A stretch of 64,000 nt of DNA, taken from assembly GCF_000143415.4 (NCBI RefSeq), contig NW_003314265.1, positions 2,311,181-2,375,180 of the forward strand. Reading direction: 5' to 3'. The position numbers and the translations under genes were made by a program. Below, piece after piece: positions 38,253-46,983 of this stretch. Position 1 is the first letter of the stretch. Each line of letters opens with the position of its first letter. The stretch comes from Selaginella moellendorffii. Taxonomy: Eukaryota; Plantae; Lycopodiophyta. The notes beneath the pieces were generated by a model. It was given only the letters and a program-made list of their open reading frames with translations. It had not been told where the DNA came from and made no database searches.

Positions 38253-40790
38253 CTATTTTTCTTTGGCAACTGTAATTATATGCTCCATTGAAGTCACCTC
38301 TTCAATGGAGTTTGTCACCGCAACACACGGGACACCCTTGAGTAGTGCGGCTCGAAAGAATAGTCCGCCGCAGTTGTACTCGACAACGCATTTGCCCTTG
38401 GAGTCACCCGCTATTGCGTTGAAGACCCAACTGAGCATTTCCCATGCTGCACCTGGAGCTTTCTTTGGATTCGAAAGCTCCATAGCCCTCTTCAGTTCCT
38501 CAGGCACAGGTAAATTGATCTCCCTCAGATCAATTCGATCGGCCTTGTCGAACGAAGCTGGGAAGTCACTCCAGTCCCACTCTGCTGTAGGACCAATAAC
38601 AAGGGCGAGTGTGAAGATGCGGACATTCGTCGGTATCTTCTTCTTAGCCATTATCCCATGGATCTCCCGCATCTCCTTGCCTTTCAACCGAGCCTTCACC
38701 TCGTTCAAGGCCTTCCAGAACTTGTGATAGGATTCGGAGTCGTAGATCATATAGTGGACTGAAGATTCCACCTCCGCAAGTCCCACCATTAAGATGGAGC
38801 TGACTTTGTCTGCATGAGTGATCTCTTCGTTTGTGAAGTCCATCACACAAAAGATGTTCTTGACCTGCTCATCTCCGCGGGAAACGATGCTCCTCCACCT
38901 TTGATCCTCATCCGAATTCACGTATACCCGGTAAGGTTCTCGATAGGCCTCTGCTGCGGGGTCGAGCTGTTTCTGAAGCCGGCGGTCGACATCCCTCTTA
39001 ATGAAATTTGGATACTGATTCAACTTCTCAGCTTTACTTTTCGTGGCATCCCGCAGCAGATCGATGAACTTGGGGGCCCCCTTCACGTACTCGTCGATGT
39101 CTTCATTTGACAAGTCCAGCTCTTCCATCATCTCTTGCGTGGTGTCGATGCTCACCCTCTCCACGGCCACTTGCTCGAAGATCCAATCCTTCAATAGCGC
39201 ACGAGCTCTCAGAGTCGTGCACAAGTCCTCGTATGTCACAATATGGCCGGGAGTCATTTTGGTCTTGTTGAAGACTACCTCACCACGTAGAAGAGCATTA
39301 GCCACTGTCAGAAGGTCGTCGTCGTCTAGAGACCGCGAGAAACGCAAGGCATTGAGCTTCAAATCATTGGGCTTCCGGCCGTCCTCCACACCCATTGAGT
39401 TTAGCAACTCCCCGTCATGGTACCTCCTCAGCACATCTACCCATTTGTCAAAAACAACTTTTGTCGCGAGTAGAATGTTATGGATGCTGAGTGTGTCATT
39501 GACCCCCAGTGTTTTCGAGAGAAGACTCGAAAATTCCTTCAATGAAAATGGCGTGAGGCCACAAGCTATGCCACATGCAATGAGGCTTACCTGCCAGGCG
39601 CTAGTTGCTAGTGCACGTCCTTGTCCTGGTTTTTGTGGCTTCTTCAGTTGAACCCAGAGCTTCCGTGTTCGTGTCAATGTCTCGTGCAGACCCGATTTGT
39701 AGCACGTTTCTTGCTTGACATTCTGCGTGTGGGAGATGTATATGATAGATCGGAGGGGCGAGTTGCCTTTTATCAGGCGGACAACTCTTGTCTTGAAGAC
39801 TTTCTTCACCTCCTCGCCCACCATAATATCCACAACTATCTGTTGCATCGCCAAGCTAGAATGCTGCCCGGAGACGGCATAGAACCGGATGTTCTGATCG
39901 TTCAACACCTTCCTATTGATCAAGTCTGGAAACCTCATCTCGCCCTTCATTGTTCGGTAGTAGGGGATCACGTCTGCGATGTCGGGTGTTACTGGACTTG
40001 CCAGCATCTTCTGCTTCAGTTTCTGCACCCACTCATCAGATACTAGCCTGTGGTTGTATTTGCTTTGGATGTCGATACGGCTCACGTCGATTGTATATAC
40101 TTTGTTGGAATAGTAACAAGTACTATTATCTGCGACGATTTTTGCTGCCTCTTCTTGCTCTTTCTGCTCTTTACGGCTCTTCTTTTTGGTGGGTGTAGTG
40201 TTTGAACCCGAGGCAATGGCATCACCGAGTAGCTTCTTTTTTGGAGCAGCAGAGTCGGACGTCGGCTTGAGCTTGACCACCCTTTTCTGCTTCAGGGTAG
40301 TTTCCAGATCGACCCCCTTCCCCTTCGCTTCGCGAACTGGAGTCACTCTCAACGGCTCAATGTTGGAATATAGTTTTTGAACATCGCCGTAGGTGAGGTC
40401 CGTGGATTCCATGTGATCTTCATAGACCCGCAGCGTCTTTGAAATTGTGGGCCTCCTGGACAACCTCTCCCTAGCTCCCTCTAGGAATTCCTCATAACCG
40501 CTGCCCCCCTCCGGGAAGCCGCTAGGATGTGCAAGGTGGATCTTGAAGGCGGACGCTGTCTCTACCACAAGTGCCAGTCCATATTCTTGCATGGAACTGC
40601 ATGGAGTGTCTGTCACTTGGATGAGGATCCCCATGCATTCTTTTCTCCCACCATCTGTGTTGTACAGCATCAGATCCTCGCCTTCCATCCCGAAAGTCCA
40701 ACTAGTGAGCTCCTCCCCCTTCTCTGCATCCACATTGACAGTGGCTGGAAGAAGAACGCAATTCCTCGCCTGTTCAGAAATGCACAACAA
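38253..40790 (-). CDS. Transposon cargo protein: ParB/Srx-like domain + degenerate beta-class DNA amino-methyltransferase-like fold
   Basis: 845-aa ORF including one in-frame 54-nt intron (39537-39590). IDVSRI...NHRLVSDEWVQKLKQKM...FYAVSGQHSSLAM resembles a ParB/DGQHR nucleotide-binding fold. The C-terminal MLSWVFNAI..SKGKCVVEYNCGG..FRAALLKGVPCVAV resembles motifs X-I-II of N6/N4 MTases; no DPPY/SPPY. True start not resolved. Confidence 0.6.
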   Translation of the reverse strand: MLCISEQARNCVLLPATVNVDAEKGEELTSWTFGMEGEDLMLYNTDGGRKECMGILIQVTDTPCSSMQEYGLALVVETASAFKIHLAHPSGFPEGGSGYEEFLEGARERLSRRPTISKTLRVYEDHMESTDLTYGDVQKLYSNIEPLRVTPVREAKGKGVDLETTLKQKRVVKLKPTSDSAAPKKKLLGDAIASGSNTTPTKKKSRKEQKEQEEAAKIVADNSTCYYSNKVYTIDVSRIDIQSKYNHRLVSDEWVQKLKQKMLASPVTPDIADVIPYYRTMKGEMRFPDLINRKVLNDQNIRFYAVSGQHSSLAMQQIVVDIMVGEEVKKVFKTRVVRLIKGNSPLRSIIYISHTQNVKQETCYKSGLHETLTRTRKLWVQLKKPQKPGQGRALATSAWQVSLIACGIACGLTPFSLKEFSSLLSKTLGVNDTLSIHNILLATKVVFDKWVDVLRRYHDGELLNSMGVEDGRKPNDLKLNALRFSRSLDDDDLLTVANALLRGEVVFNKTKMTPGHIVTYEDLCTTLRARALLKDWIFEQVAVERVSIDTTQEMMEELDLSNEDIDEYVKGAPKFIDLLRDATKSKAEKLNQYPNFIKRDVDRRLQKQLDPAAEAYREPYRVYVNSDEDQRWRSIVSRGDEQVKNIFCVMDFTNEEITHADKVSSILMVGLAEVESSVHYMIYDSESYHKFWKALNEVKARLKGKEMREIHGIMAKKKIPTNVRIFTLALVIGPTAEWDWSDFPASFDKADRIDLREINLPVPEELKRAMELSNPKKAPGAAWEMLSWVFNAIAGDSKGKCVVEYNCGGLFFRAALLKGVPCVAVTNSIEEVTSMEHIITVAKEK

Positions 40791-41219
40791 TTAGAGCTGA
40801 TAGATGAAAAGCTAGCAGCTGGAAATAACGTGAGGCCACACGCCATTCACCACTGCATCAGATGTCTTGAGGCTGCATCCTAAGATGGCGTGAGGCTACA
40901 CGCCATCTGTAACCGGACTGCACTCGAGAGCCCAATCGGTGCATGCCAATGTTGCTACTGAATGGCATGTGGCCTTATGCCATTTTCTACTTGGCCTAAA
41001 AGACTTACCATTTGAAGCCGAATGGAGGCCGTGACAATCGAGGCCGGACTCGCTGGCGAATGTGCACTGTGTGTGCAGCGGATCGTAGCAGCAAGGCTAC
41101 TCTGCCACTTACAGTTGGAGAGTGGCGCTGAAATCTCCCGGGACGCCAAGTGGGCTGCGTGTGGGTGGCGGAGTGGGCGGCAGAGTTGGCGGCGAAGTTA
41201 CAAACTGGGTGTGTCTTGA

Positions 41220-41420
41220 AGTGGACGCCGATGCACACGAGCGCGATGCGAGCGCGAGTGTGATGCAAGCGCGAGTGGACGCCGATGCACACGAGAAACC
41301 TGTAGAGAAGTGAGCGTGATCGCGAGTGGGAGCGCGATGCGAGCGGGAGCGCGAGTGTGATGCGAGCGCGAGCGCGAGTGTGATGCGAGCGCAAGCACGA
41401 GTGTGCGAGCGCGAGTACGA
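41220..41420. repeat. CpG-rich simple repeat (GCGAGTGTGAT/GCGAGC) upstream of the cargo gene
   Basis: Directly visible. Confidence 0.85.
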
Positions 41421-42553
41421 AGCAAAATGCAAAACCTAACCTCACACGCGCGAAATGTCACAACGGTTGGTAATCCCGCCACGTCATCATTCCTCAGGCT
41501 TGGGCGCCACCATTAATTTCTGGATTGCCGCGCGCATGCAAGCACGCAAAATCCAAAAGAAATCTGCAACGTCATCATTCCTCGGACTGCATGCATGCGA
41601 AATCCAAAAGAAAGATCATGATTGGGATATCATTTAATACCCTCGCTATATTTATACCATGCATGATTGGATATTCCAAAGCATCTTGTATTTCCAAAAA
41701 TGGCAGATGTTCAACTAAATAAAGAAATTCTATCTGTTTCTATTTTTCTCTCAAATCAATATTATAGCGTGTGGGCTCATGCAATTTTGAACCAAAGAAA
41801 CCCAAAAAACGTTGGACCCAAAATATTTTGAAAAAACCCAAAAAACCCTAAACATTTTAAACCCAAAAATCCAGGCGTCCTGTGGCGTTATTCCTTGAAT
41901 GGCGTGTGGGCGCATGCCATTTTCAGGACCAAATGCTGAATGGAGAAAAATTCCCTTTCAGTGCAAATGCTGCAAGAGGCAGATGCCGAGCACAAAGGAC
42001 TGTAACTACCTCACATGACACAGATAAACTTTTCTCTATTTGGCAAAGATAAACTTTATAGCGTGTGGGCTCATGCAATTTTCAGGGGCACATAGGAGTA
42101 TATTCCTAGGATATTCTGACACGTGCGAGATTTGTTTGAGTTTTCTGGAGATCCAACCGTTAGATCGCAACTAGATTTTACAGAATGGTATACAATGTCT
42201 TTCTTGATGACTCTGCAAAGAAGCATCTCGATCAGACACCACATGAGACCACACGAGCCTTACAATGTTTCAGGGGCATTTGCCATAGATCCGACCGTTA
42301 TTTTGCTCCAAGATTTTACAGTTTGGTGTGCATTGACCTTTCCATCGACATTGCAAAGGGACATCACAATCAGATGCAGGATCACAAGAAACTAGCTTCA
42401 CTAACTCTGGTTTCACCAAGATTTACGTAAGGAGTTATGAAATGAAAGGACCCTCTCTATTGAAATGTGTTTATGGTCCTAGGGGCATTGTGACATATCA
42501 AAGGATTTTGCATCAAGTTCTTTATTTGCATGTTTATCAAGCTACTGAATTGC

Positions 42554-42579
42554 TAAACCCTAAACCCTAAACCCTAAAC
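42554..42579. repeat. Interstitial plant telomeric repeat (CCCTAAA)x3-4 / telo-box
   Basis: CTAAACCCTAAACCCTAAACCCTAAAC in the region between the two divergent genes. Confidence 0.85.
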
Positions 42580-43319
42580 ATGTGGCAAATGCTACGTGAA
42601 GAAAGATGCCCTTTCTGGGCAAATGCTGTAAGAGGCAGATGCCGAGCAGATGTATCTCAGGCTAGCGAAGGGGACAAACGAAAGCTAGCTATAAACATGA
42701 CGGGATGCAAATAGATTACTAGGCTGGTCCTACGAAAATCAAAAACCATAATTGAAAACATTGAAAATGCAAAAAGAAAGGTTTATAATATTTTTGAATT
42801 TTAAGCAACCAAAGGAATGTAAGTAGGGCATGTTTTTGTAAGTTTAAAAATGCCTCAACCACTTAAATTCCCAAGTAAATAAAGCTGTTTCTATTTTTGG
42901 TACAGGTAAACTTTATAGCGTGTGGGCTCATGCAATTTTGAACCCAAAAATGCACCAAAAAATGCTCGACTAGCATTATTCTTTGAATGGTGTGTGGCCT
43001 TATATTGCCATAAATGGACGTACACACACAGCATAATTATTCCTTTACACGGCGAATAATCTTGGCGCGGATCGCTGACATGGCATGGCAAAGTTCGAAT
43101 CACTGACATGGCACAGCTGGATCGAGGCAAGGACATGATGTGACAAAGTTCAACCTCCGACAGCAAAGTCTAGAAGCTACTCAGTTTGAAATTTGTCAGA
43201 GGAATCATAAGATCTGGTTTGTCAGAGGATTTGATGTGACGTTCAAGTGTGTGTTATTTTTGAATTCTTGAACTCATTCCCAGGTCTATCATTTTTGTGC
43301 GCCGTGTTCTTGGTTCCGC

Positions 43320-43512
43320 TGAGCGCAGTGAGCGCTGCTTGTGTAAGCGGCGTTGTGGGCTGTGGTTTATGCGTCTACGAGCGGTTGCGGCATTGCAAGC
43401 GCCATTGCGAGCGGCAGTTTATGCGAGTGGCAGTTTGTGTGAGCGGCGCTACGAGCAGTTGCGGTGTTGCGAGCGGCACTACGAGTAGTTGCGATGTTGC
43501 GAGCGGCACTGT
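43320..43512. repeat. CpG-rich ~30-bp tandem units (GAGCGGC..TACGAG.AGTTGCG) upstream of the transposase
   Basis: Directly visible. Confidence 0.8.
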
Positions 43513-43873
43513 CTTTGGTGTGGCTACCGCTTCCTCTTGATATTCGGCACTTGTGCTTCCTGGTATGTTCACCATGGAATGGCTTAGGACCACATTTAGA
43601 AATGGCATGAGGCCACATGCCATCTTGGGCCCTTGCAATTTCATGGCTAGCGTATTGTCATGTATGTTTTTACTTGCCTGCAGCTGTGTGTATATCAAGA
43701 TGGCATGAGGCCTCATGCCAATTTTGTGAATGCGAAATTTCACGTGGGTGTCAATAGCATGTTTGAATAATGGCATGTGGCCTCATGCTATTGAGGTTGT
43801 TTGGTATGTTATGATTTAGGCCATTCTCCAATCATTTTTTGTATTGTCTTAATTTCTTTTCTGCACTTTCAGA

Positions 43874-46800
43874 ATGGCCTTCAGGGTTGGGGAAAAGGTT
43901 TATATTTTGAATGGTGGGAAGAGAGTTGCAAAAGGGACCCTTGTGTCTATGGATCGGAACTTTGTTATACACTGTCAAAGGCTTGGGGAAGGCAATGCTG
44001 CTGTATCAGTAGAGACTGTCTTCGATGGGAATGTGGTCGCTATTGAACGAGGAGAGATGGTCGTCGGGGTAAATGTTGTTGTTGCCTTGAAAAATCTTCA
44101 GAAGAAAGCAGATGTTGGGGACAGCGCAAGTGCGACGCATGTTCCCTCCGTGGATCTTAAGAACCGTGCTACATGGATTCAGGCGAAGGTGTTTCTAAAC
44201 AACCCCGAGGGGGAGGTGGTAGCTGAGGGCTTAGCCACAGTTGTCGATCCAAGAGATGCGGTTGCTAATCAAGAATTGGGCTGGGATTATATTGGAGTTG
44301 CGATTTTAGAGGTTGTTGACACAGAAGAAAACAGTCTGACTATTGGAAGCATTGTGCGGTGGAAATTGAGGCACTTAGTGTTTGAGAATGTGAAGGATTC
44401 ACAATCAAACACCACTACAACTGATGACAAAACATCTCTTCATGGGAAAAGAAAGTACACCTTCCTAAAGCGCAGCCAAAGGGATCTGAGCAACGAACCG
44501 AAAAGGCAGAAAATGGCGATGGAGGTTCGAATGGTCTCGACAGTTGCTTGTTGCAAGAGGAGGTGCTGTCAACATGCTGATTGGGATGCTATTGAAGAGG
44601 AGAGAGCAAGATACAAGACATTGTCCTGGAAGGCAGCTCGCAATTTTGTGTATGAGGCATTACGGTCATCTGTTGATGCTTCAGAACATCAGGTGGGGGG
44701 CATGGTCTTCCAGAGGGGTTTGGTCTGCATGAAGGCATGGAGAATCATTTATGGAGTCCCTCGAACCACATTCTACAGAATTAAAACTGAGTTCGAGGAA
44801 CAAAGGGTTCAACAGGCAGTCCATGGGAACGACGGTACGCACAAAACCAGGGGTCATGTTGTATATGGAGAGGCAATCTTCAAGAGGTTTGTCGAGACAT
44901 GTAGCGAGCAGCAACCACATAAAACCCGCCTCTTGGAAGATGGAACACGAGACACCCAACGAGTTCTCCCTTCCATGTATACCAAGGGGGCCATATTGGA
45001 AAATGTGAATCGGGAACTCCAGAGTAATGGCTACAGGAAGCTGAGCCAATCTAGATTTAGTAGATTGTGGAGCAACAGGTTCAGGGATGTGAGTATAGGA
45101 AAGTACTCCAACTTTTCAAAGTGTGACGAGTGCACTGCTATCAAAATGGCTTTGTCGAAGAATTCTTGCAGCGCTCAAGAGCAAGAGACGTTGGTTAGAA
45201 GGCGGCTCGACCACAACATCGAGCAGAGAAGCTGCAGGACTGCATATTATCATAACAGGATTCTCTCCATGGAGAGACCTGACTCTTACCTCTGCATCAT
45301 CCACGACAAAATGGACCAGAAAAAGACGTGCTTACCTCGACTCAATCCTGCCCCCAAGGCAATCTCTTCATCCATGCAGCTGCCTGTGTCTCTGTTTGGC
45401 ATAATCGCTCATGGGCATGGTGCCCAGAACTATGGGAACTTCTTTGTACCTCTATGGGGTGGCAGGGGTGCAAACATGATGATTGCGTCCCTAGCAAAAC
45501 ACTTAAGGTCTCTGCAAAGTGCGCAGACTGAGCTGAACGGCCAACCCTTGCATAAGGCCCTTGTCGATCGAACCCCATACAGGGTTCAGCTGGAGGAGGA
45601 GCAAAGGCTTGCAGTATCGCGTGGGGCCCCATGCCATCCCAGTGAATATGTTGGCCGTCAGATTGTAGGGTATCACGTGAGGCCTCATGCCATTCCAACA
45701 AGGCTGGTCGCCCGGTGAATGCACAGCCTCATCCAAACGAAGCAGAATCTCAAGGAAGTTCTTGCGGCCGATGTGGCCTTCCACCCCATCTTCTGCTCTA
45801 AACAGACAATGCTGGCAGTGAGAACAAAAACATGTACGTCTTCGCGTACTTGGCGATGCTTGTTGCCAAAGGCATATTTGAAACGGTTACACTTGGCTTT
45901 CTCATGGTTGGGCACACTCATGAAGACGTCGATGCCATGTTCAGTCACCTGGCAGAGTCCCTCCGGCGATCCAATGTCCTCACCCTCCCACAACTCTACG
46001 ATGAATTCCAAAATTGCATCAAAGGCACTGTTGAAGCTGCACTTCTGACAGAGGTTCCAGACTTTAAGGGGTTTGTAAGAGGCTACATCAGGGACGGATC
46101 CGAAACGCTGATTGGCCACTCCAAGCCTCTTCAGTTTCATTTCAGCATGTGTGACGGTGCTCCAGTGATGAGGTACAAGATGAGAGAATGGGACACAGTG
46201 TGGCTGCCAGTGGACGGCATTGAACTCTTCAAGAGAGATCCCATAACTGGGGAACCTATGATTCCTCAGGGTTCCCCACGGCCGATGCACCCAGATGGAC
46301 TCAAAGACCAGGAAAGTATAGTGGCCGGGATTAGACAGCATATTGCCTTCTGGAAGAGGGGGTTGGTGTTTGGTGGAGAATCCTATTTTCAGAGGTGCAA
46401 ACCTTTTCTCGAATACTGGGAGAAGATTATATCTGCTATCCAAAATGGGCCGGTTGTATATGAAGAATTGGAAGAGTCCTTTTGGCCAGAACCCAGAGCA
46501 CCAGATAGTAGCGAAACAATGTCCTCTGGAAATGCAGTGACAAATAACGATGTTGAGGATCACTATTGTGGGCCGAGGAACAAGAAGCCGGATTCAGCAT
46601 TCAATCCAGTACAGGTCTGCAAAGGAATGGTCGTGCTTGTCAGACCCAGTAATAAAAAACAAATGATATGGGTGGGGCGCTGCATCACTGATGCAGAGGA
46701 GAACGCGGAAACTAACTCCTTCAATGTAACTGTGGAGTGGTTCAAGCCAAGTTCCGGATATACGAACGATTGCCTAGAAAAGAGATGGGTGCTGAATCCA

Positions 46801-46983
46801 AGGGATCCCAGCATGAGCATATCGGTGGATAATGTTGTGCATGGTTGGATGCGGAAGCAGAGTGCCACCATCACCTTGCCAGACCATGCAAGAGATGCAG
46901 CAAGAGCATTCATAACCCGGGTTCAAGGTGAGATTCATGAATATTCCTTTACTAAGTTTCTAATGTATTTTATTTCAAGGTGA
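43874..46983 (+). pseudogene. DDD transposase (Sola/DUF7869-like) with a premature stop
   Basis: ORFs 43874-45718 and 45832-46983 are probably joined by an intron around 45614-45702. Motifs: FSKCDEC, IIHDKMDQKKT (D1), LLL*TDNAGSENKN (D2; TAA at 45799-45801, likely from CAA), FLMVGHTHEDVDAMFS (D3). The 3' end may be spliced after 46927. Confidence 0.85.

Noticed and set aside
41005-41482. Overlapping ORFs rich in R/A/S/H
   Set aside because: Translations of the CpG-rich simple repeat.
42554-42579. Chromosome end or fusion site
   Set aside because: Only 3-4 units, internal to a transposon.
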